This document shows positions 1 through 9,945 of a stretch of DNA of 64,000 nt, piece after piece. Positions within the stretch are counted from its first letter, which is position 1, and each line of letters begins with the position of its first letter. The stretch comes from Balanoglossus misakiensis (Eukaryota > Animalia > Hemichordata). The notes below the pieces were generated by a model. That model made no database searches, had not been told where the DNA came from, and was given only the letters and a program-made list of their open reading frames with translations. The translations under genes were made by a program, and so were the position numbers. The DNA lies in the NCBI GenBank assembly GCA_040954595.2, contig CM082595.2, positions 4,552,137-4,616,136 of the forward strand. The letters run 5' to 3'.

Positions 1-3
1 GAT
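1..3 (-). CDS. Start of next JmjC-gene exon, truncated by window edge
   Basis: Minus strand ...gcaattttgcag|ATC at positions 3-1; compatible with the phase-0 donor at 397. Confidence 0.45.
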
Positions 4-397
4 CTGCAAAATTGCAAATGCAAGATGCTATGATGTGAGAAATGAACACTGGTATAACAAGTTAGTTGCCAAGTGATTTTGCAGCAATATTGCCATAGCT
101 GTAGACCTGAACATGCACACATTTACGTGTAATTTTTAGATTCTTTTGGCAACAAGTCTATGATATCCATGTTTTCTTTTTCCACGATGGCACAAATGGA
201 CTCAACACTGACTCATATCAGAACGCCAGTATTCATTCACTATTCCTTCTCTTGTTCATAACATTTGTATCTCTAACAATTGCCCCAGCAACAAGGAATT
301 GATATACAGATCTTACAACCTAGACACTTCCCACCAACAAGTTAGGGCCAGAGCACATTTATTAATAATAACAAAAGGCGATGGGCTTTAACTTTAC

Positions 398-503
398 CTC
401 TTTTGCTTTGGCTTCACTCCCTCCGATAACCTTTACATAACTGTCAACAAATTCCTGTTCACTGACTGTGTCACTTGTTTCCATCCAGGACTCCACCAGA
501 TTT
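398..503 (-). CDS. JmjC gene coding exon 5 (EF-hand-like region continues)
   Basis: catgcag acceptor, gtaaag donor, 106 nt in frame: ENLVESWMETSDTVSEQEFVDSYVKVIGGSEAKAKE. Confidence 0.78.
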
Positions 504-925
504 CTGCATGGAAAATAAACATGGAATATGTTTTTTTTTTCATGGAAGTCATCACACTAAAACACGCACACTGGCATCATGTCCTAGTCACTGAAATGGC
601 ACACAAATGGCAACCTAAACTATGTCCGGGCTCAATTAATTAGCAGTATTTCTTTTTTGTATGTAATAATAAATTCTAAGTACGTGCATTCAACCAATTT
701 TTTGAAAACACCATTTTTAATATCCCTGCAAACTGGGCCAAATACATAGTCATGGATACCACCATTAACACTTTCTATTTTTGCTAGTCGCGTGCCTGGA
801 CACCCCTATTTACTAGTACACAGATCCAAATTTTGCCCCCAGACAATATTTTAGGAACAAACAACAATGTGTAGGGGTGAAAGGGTCTCGCATTAGACGT
901 GTGGGTGTGTCAATGAAGTACTCAC

Positions 926-1092
926 TCTATCACTTCGTCAGGAATGAAAAAGTATTCAAAAAGCCCATCTGTGTTGGACGGTTCATCGCTTTCATAGCTC
1001 AGAATAAATTTTCTGATGGTGTCAATGTCGAGGGCTTTTACATCGTCTTTTGTCAGGTAACCTTTGCCCTTCACATCCAAAATGTCAAACAT
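926..1092 (-). CDS. JmjC gene coding exon 4, EF-hand-like helix-loop-helix
   Basis: ttttattgcag acceptor, gtgagt donor, 167 nt in frame; MFDILDVKGKGYLTKDDVKAL resembles an EF-hand (F..LD..G.G.LT..D). Confidence 0.82.
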
Positions 1093-1362
1093 CTGCAATA
1101 AAAACGACAACACAAATCATCATTGTTTTCATAGAGTACATTATGCTCTTTTGAAATTTATGGATATTGGTGCTTCATTCGGCTGCATAATGAAAATACT
1201 ATATTTAGAACTGCACAGCTGGTTCACACTAAAGGAAAATATGTAAATAGTGGAATTAAAAGTAGAGGATGGAATAGAGAACAGAAATAACCACAAACAG
1301 GAATACAACGATTGCTTTTGCATCCTGTTTTTGTCAAATTTGTATCTTTTTATGTAACTCAC

Positions 1363-1480
1363 ATTTTTCAAACCATTAACTTTTTCTACTGGGGCATCGG
1401 GATCCATCAACTGAAATTCCCTGATCAGATTCTCCAACTTAAACGTTCCATATGCCTCCACTGCCCTCAGCAAATCATTC
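1363..1480 (-). CDS. JmjC gene coding exon 3
   Basis: tacag acceptor, gtgagt donor, 118 nt in frame: NDLLRAVEAYGTFKLENLIREFQLMDPDAPVEKVNGLKN. Confidence 0.8.
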
Positions 1481-1563
1481 CTGTAATTTCAGAAAAATAA
1501 ATGCATGTAAGAATGTGATATTTGACCTCACCAACAGATAAGCAACGGGGAAAAATAAAAATG

Positions 1564-1589
1564 TCATCATCATCGTCGTTATCATCATC

Positions 1590-1626
<37 letters not shown>

Positions 1627-1634
1627 CCACCACC

Positions 1635-1668
<34 letters not shown>

Positions 1669-1689
1669 TCATAATCATCGTCGTTGTCA
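1564..1689. repeat. Compound (CAT)n/(CAC)n trinucleotide microsatellite, intronic
   Basis: Directly visible; source of the spurious poly-D/G and poly-M/V ORFs. Confidence 0.95.
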
Positions 1690-2058
1690 CTGAGTTTGTA
1701 GAATTGCCATATGGCCGCATTCAATAGACAAGATTTTTGGCATGGGCACTACCGAGCAGAAAGTACACTTTTGTCTTCCAATGTGTGCTTGTTTGAACAC
1801 GGTTGCCCTGGTGACCTTGGAGATAACCCACACATGAACAAATTTTGACCGTTTTTAACTCCTTGCTCATTTCGAAGCTAATTTTGACACTGGTGTAACT
1901 TTCACATGTTCACACATGCCATTTGTGGCCTGGTTCTATGTCCATACAATTTAGAACTGCATTGTTGACGTCCATGGTCAGTGGGGTTCAAATATATGCC
2001 TATCAGATACACGTATGAGTATGTTCATAGCATCATACTGTCTTGAGGTATGATTTAC

Positions 2059-2257
2059 CTTAAACCCGTATGATCCATATGTCCCATTGTCATGTTACCA
2101 TGTCCCAACCAATTCCAGGTGATGACCATCTCATTCAAGGGTGTATACTTCAGCTCAGTATCATCACAGCCCGTGTCGTCAAACTCGGTCAGTCGTGTGA
2201 ACAACATGGCTACCGCAATGTTGGGATCACCGACCGAGTTTACTTGGTGATAATAAC
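2059..2257 (-). CDS. JmjC gene coding exon 2 (carries the distal Fe-ligand His, PGSYYHQVNS)
   Basis: cag acceptor and gtaaat donor; 199 nt keeps frame with both neighbours; reads SYYHQVNSVGDPNIAVAMLFTRLTEFDDTGCDD...WNWLGHGNMTMGHMDHTGLR. Not in the ORF track. Confidence 0.88.
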
Positions 2258-2291
2258 CTGTGATGAGCAGTCAAGAGATGGGAAATAATAT

Positions 2292-2449
2292 ATCTATGGC
2301 TGTAAATGGCATATTTGAGTTTTCTAAAGAACATATGGTGGCACTCTGTTTTTTCGCGTGTGCCACCCACTGAAACTCTGTGATTGGCTAGATCTCGATT
2401 TGCCATGGTAACTTTAGCTAAATTTGCATAGGTGACCGTACACCCTTAA
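2292..2449 (+). mobile_element. Dispersed repeat fragment (copy 1), probable non-autonomous DNA transposon end; inverted copy at 55189-55330
   Basis: ctgtgattggctagatctc...ccatggtaac...gctaaatttgcat.ggtg matches the reverse complement of 55189-55330; both copies end at a TTAA. Confidence 0.75.
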
Positions 2450-2520
2450 TGCAGTTGGTGACAAAATCCATCTTCACACATTTGTTTGCAAATCACCACT
2501 GAGTGTTAAATTAAACTTAC

Positions 2521-3286
2521 TTCCTGGAAGGAAGAGACAGTCCCCACCATTGATCGTCAAATTGGCCCATCGGACATAACGGACCATGGGCTGGGACAAC
2601 AGGTCGACTTTCGTGACGTTGATGAGCGAGTAACCCCCAATCTCTCTCTCCGGCTCCCACGCCTTGTAGATCAGCTTCTCGTACTTGTTCTCCACCATCC
2701 GCCAATTCTTCTGCCCGCTGACCAGACAGTTCCAGGTGTTGAAGGCGTCTTTATGCAAAGCGCTCCTCGTGTTACCCGAACTCATCCACAGGTCAATCTC
2801 CACCAAACTGTCTTTGAAACTGCCGCATTGCATGCTGGGCGGCGCCAGGACGTCTTTGTACATGGGCGCCGGAAGTTGCGAGACGATGTACTTGTTGACC
2901 GACTGGTACGTGTCTAAGAAGTTCGCAATCGTGTCCCTCCCGAGCCCTTTCGCGCCGACCGGGATCATGGACCCGTAGTCCTTCTCAATCTTGCCTTCCA
3001 GTCGCACCTCCAGGTCGGCGTAGTTTTCCTTCAGGTATTCCCCTTCCCACAGCCGGAACGCCGGGCTGTTCCTCATGGCGCCCCTGACGATGAGAGGCTT
3101 CCCGGGCCGCACGTACTTCTCCCAGAACGTGCGAGGATCCGGCGCCGTGTCGGTCTCGTCCACGTGAATGTCTGGGGGTCTGTGACCACCGAAGGGCTGG
3201 CCGTGTCCAACGGGAACATCACCTTCAGAACAAACTGTCAGGACCAGACAACACCCAAGAAGCAAGACAACTCGACAAGCAATCAT
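2521..3286 (-). CDS. First coding exon of a secreted/ER JmjC (cupin-like) Fe(II)/2OG dioxygenase with C-terminal EF-hand-like region; gene model join(3286-2521,2257-2059,1480-1363,1092-926,503-398,3->off window)
   Basis: Acceptor tttcttgttctttgctcaacag before 3308; ATG at 3286; signal peptide MIACRVVLLLGCCLVLTVCS; JmjC motifs FWEKYVRPGKPLIVRG, LWMSSGNTRSALHKD (HxD), GQKNW, GDCLFLPG; donor gtaagt at 2520 (phase 1). Confidence 0.9.
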
Positions 3287-4179
3287 TCTGTGAAATGCTG
3301 ACACACACCTGTTGAGCAAAGAACAAGAAATACATTAAATTAGGCTAAATCATCGATCAAAAATAAAAAATTGATAAAAACAACATATCGTTTGGCATTA
3401 CTGTGTATCTTTCACGCGAAAAACTACTTGTCCAGAGCAGCAAATTTGCTAAAATGTTAGCTGCAATCGAACAACTTCAAACATGTTTGCAGGCAGAAAA
3501 ACTGGCAGCTCTGTTACTGATTCAGTTGCTCGGATAAGAATAGAATCGCAGGGTAAAATATGCTTGGGTTAAAAAAGCATATATATTTTTGTCGAAAAAT
3601 AGAAACGCGGTATGATGTGGCCTTCCCTTTATCTACTGTTATCTAGACAAAGAGTCCATTCTACACTATACACATCACTGAGTCATGAAGTAGCAACTAC
3701 TGTAAAACGGGAAAATTTTTGCGAATGAAAATTTATTGCAAGCCAAAAATACTTAATAATAGTACCGGAAGAATGGTGTGTTCAATAGAATTTTATTCTA
3801 GTCATACATAAAGAGAATGCAAAAATTAACAATGACCTGGACGTTGACCCTATAATGTCTATTCACATTTCTGGGGTGTCTCTAAACAATGCTATTGTAA
3901 TTGTGAAGAATTATACATTCATGTGTGCATTCACTTGTTTTTAAGTTACAATTATTTTATGTAATAAAAGAATATACAGAAAATGGGATTGGTATATGCT
4001 GTATTTATATGTATATTGAAACATGATTAACCTAATTTAAGTAAAAATTAAATGTAATCTGAGCTTAGAAAATATCACCCAGTCAAAAATAAACATGGTT
4101 GCGGATTGGTACATTATTCCCTCGTCGGTAACCAACGCTGTTGAACTGGAAGGTCACAAGATCAATACGCCTTGTATAC

Positions 4180-4289
4180 TAATTAGCATAGGCTCTAGAA
4201 TACCACTAACCTGGGGGGCCCGATTCAACTTATTTATATATTTAATCGGGCCCCCCAGGTTAGTGGTGTTCCAGAGCCTGTGCTAATTA
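4180..4289. repeat. Inverted repeat / foldback: 46-bp arms, 18-nt AT-rich loop (MITE-like)
   Basis: 4180-4225 taattagcataggctctagaataccactaacctggggggcccgatt vs reverse complement of 4244-4289: 3 mismatches. Confidence 0.9.
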
Positions 4290-4445
4290 CTGTATGCATG
4301 GCGAGTATATATGCGAGCCGATATTAAATTTCACCCGTTACCGCTTCAAAATAGATAAACCGGGATCTAGACTATATGTCATTTCTCTTCTTGAGTGTCG
4401 TCGTGTAACGTAAAACCGTAAAATTTACCTGACCCGCCCACTTAC

Positions 4446-4760
4446 TTGAGTTCTTATATCTTGTCGATATCCGGGTGGGTACACCATACACCAGGCCCGT
4501 ATAAAAACACACTCCACTCGTAGAAGAGACCCAAGCTTCAATCACCCACCATTTAAGATATCACGAAAAGCTCCAGCAAATAAAACACGGCCGTCGACAC
4601 AACAGACGTCGAATCGCAGAGTCGCGACGCAAGTGTACGAAACTTCGTCCGCAGGTAAACTTTGTAAGAGGGGAGTTTGACCCTTGACCTTTCCCTTTAG
4701 CGTAGCGCAGCCAGCGGTGGGATTGGGGCAGAGGACCAGACTACTGTGCGTTCGTTCCTT
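4446..4760 (-). promoter_or_regulatory. Probable 5' non-coding exon and promoter of the JmjC gene
   Basis: Minus-strand donors caa|gtaagtg at 4445 and cag|gtaaat at 4428; CpG-rich; CCAAT near 4722; DR1 AGGTCA-A-GGGTCA at 4678-4690. Confidence 0.45.
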
Positions 4761-6644
4761 CGCTGCCTCCAGTTTTATATTAAACAAATGAACGTAAGAT
4801 CAGAACCCAACCTTCTTTTCACAATTAATTGGACTGAGAATTATAATAGGTCTAGTCGACCATCTAAGTTTAAAGTAATTTTACTGTTGCAAACATTATG
4901 AAACAGTTTTTCAAAACATATTTTTTAGCAGATGAAGCACGACAAATATCCGAGGAGATGTACTTTTTGAAATAAATATCGTCAAGGTTTGCACACGCTC
5001 TGGATTCTCAAGACGCAAAGTCGAACAAAACATCATGTCACGAACGCCTCTTTGATTAACCCGTTTAAGAAACCTTCAAAAGATTTTAGTTCAGGTATAG
5101 AATTTTGTTCGAATTCCGTGACCTTGTAAAAACACGCGCCTCTTTTGTTGAAACGACGATTGAAGCATTCACGGATGGCGCACGATTGTGCAGGAAGAGG
5201 TAACCTTACGAGAGACACGTATGTTGTTGTTTGCGGGACTGTATCTCCGAGCAATAACACGAGAAGTCGGTGAATGCAAAGTGGCATCTTGCACCAAATA
5301 AACTACAACATACATGTACAGCCACATTCGGGCGTCGATCAGATGTTCATGTATACCCACCAGTAAGCTTATTAGATGAACCAACGTTGGGATAAAATAA
5401 AACCATGAAAATAATGCAAAAAAGTAGCAGCTATAGCGGCTTTAAAGGTTAGTCATACAATTCGAGCATTTTTTTTCCTTTGAATAATTTATGTCCTTAG
5501 CTTCAAGGCGATCGATTAAAATCTACTTTTTAACATCCATATTTTGGATATGCCTTATTCCATAATTCGGATGAAGGCCACCGGGCAAGTCGAATGCGCT
5601 TAGACTGGAATTATGTATGGATGTCGCTGAGACTCATATTTTGACATCTTAAATTTGCATACATCTAGAAGACTCAGTTTTATCGCAGAGAAGTAGTACG
5701 GACTGAACTGATGTGAATTCCTGGTAAACGAGAAGGGCATTTTGTGAGCAGAAACTGAAATTATTTCGGGGAATGCGTGGATTTCACTGAGTCAATATTT
5801 GTCAAGATTGCTATTGGCATCGTTTGGTATATTCTCATGTTGGGGTTTGTACATTGTGGCCGAAGGCGGGAACGTGCAGTGAATTGCGTCGAAGGAGTCC
5901 TGGTGGGCGCTGACGTAAATGTCACGTCAGAGTGCGGCGACAGATCCGTCAGAAAATTGGACTACTGTGAATTTTGGCCGGAGGTCACAGGAGCCCCGAA
6001 GTTTCAAGAAAACCAGAGACTTCAATGTTTTCTCAGAATGCCAGAATCATGTTTGCCAGAAAATTGGTCTACTGCACAGGAGGACGGAAGAAAATCAAGC
6101 CGGGCAGACACTGAAATGCCCAGAGTGCTTCAAGTCTCTCAGGAAATTGGTCTAATGTACTATTCTCGTTCACTTCTCGTCACTGTCGTCACGTGTTGCT
6201 TTCATGTGACAATACTTTACAAGACGACACCCCCTGTATTTGTCTCAAGAGAGACAACCTTAATTAAGACAGTAATCCTTAAATTTATTTAATACATTTT
6301 ATTTTCACGAGACAAAAGTTAAAGGGACAAAGTCTCTTTCTCGCTGCCCTTTTTCTATTAATGTAAGTGATCGAATGAAAGTAAACATACATCGAATTTT
6401 CGTGAAAGTATTGTACAGGTATGTCTTCCCATGGGTCATATGGTATTGTTTTTCCGGGATGTTTAGAAACACAAACATACTTTACAGTTCTGAAAATCAG
6501 CAGATTTAAACTCAAGAATTTCTATTCAAGACAATAATATTATTCGAAATGAGCATTCGCCAGTAGTTTTTAGATTTCTACAAAAGATTAGTGAACAAAG
6601 CAAGAATACTAATAGATCCTTAGTGATTATTACAATCCAATATT

Positions 6645-7790
6645 TCATTCTTTCATTTCAAAAGTCAGATTCTCGTACCATTCAGAGTTTGTGTGGTCAC
6701 CGTTGGGGTTTGGATCTTCGGTTTGGGTAGCGATGGTGCGTACGGATAGCTGTGAGTCCGCCTCCGTCAAACGAGCTTCTTCGTTACCGTCTGGCAGATT
6801 GGTTGCCGTTGAAGGGGTACTCAACTGCATCGATGCCGTACTTCTGCTTTCTCTGGCGGTTGATCTGTTAACCGTGTCTCGTCTACCTTCCCGGGACCGA
6901 CAGCCCAGGATCTCGGCAAACACCCGGCGGAAGTTGCTGCCGAAGATGGCGTAGATCAGCGGGTTGACCCAGCTGTTGGACATTGCCAGGGGCTCGGTCA
7001 GCGGACGGAGGAACCGGAACAGCGCGCTGTCGCTCGACACGTTGCTCTTGAGGATTCGCGCCACACGGTAGGGGAACCAGCTGATGGCGAACATCACCAC
7101 CACCGCCACTAGCATCTTGACCGCCCGCTGCTTTCGTCGACGGGAGTTGTCGTTCGGCGTGTTCCCGAAGTAGAGCGCGGCGATCATCTTGCCGTAGAGA
7201 CAAAAGATAACCAGTAAGGGGAGACAGTAGAGCAAGGCGAAGTCGGCAATGGTTAGCATGCCGATGTCAAAGTCCGACTTGACGTACCCACAGCTGCGGT
7301 AAGTCAGATTGTGTCCGTCGATTTCGATCGTCCGCGAGGTGATGCCGCTGATCATGATGTTGATGCTCGAGTAGATAAAGGATGCGGTCCACGTCAGCAA
7401 GATCATCAACCAAGCCTGGGTGGTAGAAATTCGCCTCTTCGTGGGCGTGATGATTGCGCGGTAGCGATCGATGGCGACGCACAGAAGCGAGAAAATCGTC
7501 GAATTCAGACAAGTCCACGATATCGTCATGACGGAGTCGCACAAGAACTCGGTGACGAGGCCGTCGTACCCGAACACATTCGCCAGTTTGATTGGCAAGA
7601 AAATGACACCAACAAACAGGTCCGCGACGGAGAGAGACGCGATGAGAAGATTCGTCGCCGATTTCTTGAGCTGGTGAAAGCGGAAAACGGCGACAATGAC
7701 CAACAAATTCCCACCAACGATTAAGAAGATGTTACCGAAGTTTACCCCGGCCAGAATCCAGTTGGCGACTTTTACATTTGATGCGGCCAT
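6645..7790 (-). CDS. Class A (rhodopsin-like) GPCR, 381 aa, single coding exon, orphan/neuropeptide-receptor-like
   Basis: Seven hydrophobic segments; GNLLVI (TM1), LSVADL (TM2), Cys3.25 and DRY (TM3), ECL2 Cys, FAISWFP (TM6), LAMSNSWVNPLIY (TM7); Ser/Thr-rich tail; start context acaatATGG. Confidence 0.95.
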   Translation of the reverse strand: MAASNVKVANWILAGVNFGNIFLIVGGNLLVIVAVFRFHQLKKSATNLLIASLSVADLFVGVIFLPIKLANVFGYDGLVTEFLCDSVMTISWTCLNSTIFSLLCVAIDRYRAIITPTKRRISTTQAWLMILLTWTASFIYSSINIMISGITSRTIEIDGHNLTYRSCGYVKSDFDIGMLTIADFALLYCLPLLVIFCLYGKMIAALYFGNTPNDNSRRRKQRAVKMLVAVVVMFAISWFPYRVARILKSNVSSDSALFRFLRPLTEPLAMSNSWVNPLIYAIFGSNFRRVFAEILGCRSREGRRDTVNRSTARESRSTASMQLSTPSTATNLPDGNEEARLTEADSQLSVRTIATQTEDPNPNGDHTNSEWYENLTFEMKE

Positions 7791-8620
7791 ATTGTCACCA
7801 GTGTCTTCGACGTTGTCGTTTGTCGTTTGGCTTTCCAGAGACTCAGTTTACTGCACGGTGATTATATCAAATTCGCAACCAGTGGCAGTGGCTAGTACAT
7901 AAACATATATCCCATCTACGCTGTCAAAGAGTTCCACCCCCGGAAAGAGTAGAAACTAGACTGTAAACATACTTGTCTTTCCAATGAACTCAACCCGCGG
8001 GATATTGTCTTGTTTTTCCTCTGGCTTTTTGCATCATTCTCCGACAGATTCATTTAGGCGTGCTTCTCTCAAAATGCCATCTATTGCCTATCGCTCTGAG
8101 CACTCAGAATTTCATAACAAATCTCTATCGTCTCCAGTCACGTTCTCGCACGATTCAAAAACTGAGCAAGGAGAAAGTAGACGGCAAATAAACATGATTA
8201 ATCACTTTTCACGAATCCATCTAACTGAATCAAGGATACACTTTCAAATTATCTTTCGCAACATGTCACGAAATTCGTAACGTGGCATGTTTCTAGTTAA
8301 TACGGATGCAATTGGACATTCCGCAATTTTCATGTACCCTTCAGAATTTCCGTGAAAATATCATTTTCTGTCAAAAGAGCACCGTTTACTTTTCCCGGAA
8401 ATACAATAAAGATGGCTCTTTGGTTGAAAATCTGAGCCGTTTCAGGATCACTTAAACCGTCCACACACGATTTTTTAAGACGGTTTCGAAGCTGAGACGC
8501 TTCAGAACCGTCTTAATAGTGCCTGTGTGACCCCTTCATAGTAGTTCTAGATGTCTGTATGATGTTATCACAATCGGAGAAATGACCTTTAATATTTAAT
8601 GGCATGGTCATACAGAGCGC

Positions 8621-9102
8621 TTGTAGACATGTGCCTTCTGTTGGGCAATACCAGTAATTTGAAGGAAATTATACCCGATTATGAATAGCGGTGTATGGGG
8701 AGCATGTACAGTTTGAGCTGGCGTACAGTTATAATGAGGTCTCCAACTATAATCCAATCTTTTTTTTTCTGGGAGCATGTCATTCAGGAAATCTTCGAGG
8801 TCGTCAGAGAACTATTGATACGCCGATGACTTTGTTGAGAAATGTTCATTATTTCCCGTGCGTTTGTAGACATGTGCCTCCTGTTGGACAATGTATTAGT
8901 GATGTGAGAGAAGTTAGACCTATTTTTTATGAATAGCAGTGAATCGAGGAGCTTTTGACAATGTATAGTTTGAGCTTGTGTCGGGTTATTATGAGGTCTC
9001 AAAATAAATATAATTCATTTTTTCGGGAGGCATATCACTTAGGAAATGTTCAGGGTTGTCAGAGACCTATTAAAGCGGTGATGACTTTGTCGGAAAATGT
9101 TC
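8621..9102. repeat. Diverged tandem duplication, two ~230-240 bp copies (8621-8847, 8864-9102)
   Basis: Shared blocks ttgtagacatgtgcct, ttatgaatagc, agtttgagct, atgaggtctc, gatgactttgt..aaatgttc. Confidence 0.8.
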
Positions 9103-9371
9103 GTTCAGGAAAGAACGAAATTCACAGTTGGTGGCGTGGTAATTGTCCACCTTACTCGACACTATGGCAAACAAGAGATACCATACAAGACTACGCTTCC
9201 ATCATTGACACGCTGCCCTATGCAAAACACCATGTCGCATGCATTGCCGCGGGAAATGAAAAAAAGGTCACAATTTTGCTGTTGATTCATATAAAGGTTT
9301 CTGCGGGAGCAATGACAGGAAATGTGTTTTGAGTTACATGATGAAAAGATTCCAGTTCGCGAAAATATTTC

Positions 9372-9945
9372 AAAGTCTAAACAACTCAAGGTTCTAGTCA
9401 TATTTTTAGTCGATGCGATGATAATATCTGATTAAAAATTAACAATTATCGTAATTAATCTCTCCGAAATCACCAAGGTTCTTAGATAGGCAGTTTCATG
9501 CATAGCCGTGGTTCTTACCGAAAAATCGTGGTTCCTGCCGAAAAATCGTGGTTCTTACGTTATACAGCCTGCAAAGTCAAAAAATTTCAAGGTTTTAGCT
9601 TACAGTCTTATTGTTAGTCGATGCGATGATAATTTCTCATAAAAAAATAGCTGTCGTAAATTATCTCTCCGAAATCACCAAGGTTCTTAGATAGGCATTT
9701 TCATGCATAGCCGTGGTTCTTACCGAAAAATCGTGGTTCTTACGTTTTACAGCCTACAAAGTCAAAACAACTCAAGGTTCTAGCTGACAAAGTCTTATTT
9801 TTAGTCGATGCGATGATAATTTCTCATAAAAAAATACTAGCTATCGTAATTTATCCCCCCGAAATCACCAAGGTTCTTAAATACGAATTTTCATACACCA
9901 AGGTTCTTAAATAGGCATTTCCATGCCTGGCTGAGGTTCTTACCA
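9372..9945. repeat. Tandem repeat, three ~185-200 bp units (starts 9372, 9573, 9758) with internal GGTTCTTA subrepeats
   Basis: Repeated ttagtcgatgcgatgataat and ccgaaatcaccaaggttctta blocks. Confidence 0.9.

Noticed and set aside
1467-1724. Poly-Asp/Gly and poly-Met/Val ORFs
   Set aside because: Translations of an intronic trinucleotide microsatellite.
2474-3319. 281-aa ORF as a complete single-exon gene
   Set aside because: Both ends read into introns; the third Fe ligand lies in the next exon (2059-2257).
5033-5287. THAP-like start CAIRECFNRRFNKRGACFYKV on the minus strand
   Set aside because: The downstream Pro, Trp and CxxHF residues of a THAP domain are absent; at most a decayed transposon fragment, not supportable without an HMM search.
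5777-6292. 171-aa plus-strand ORF
   Set aside because: GTG start, no recognisable domain, no convincing splice structure.
6645-7790. Opsin or biogenic-amine receptor identity
   Set aside because: Met rather than Lys at 7.43 and Ser rather than Asp at 3.32.
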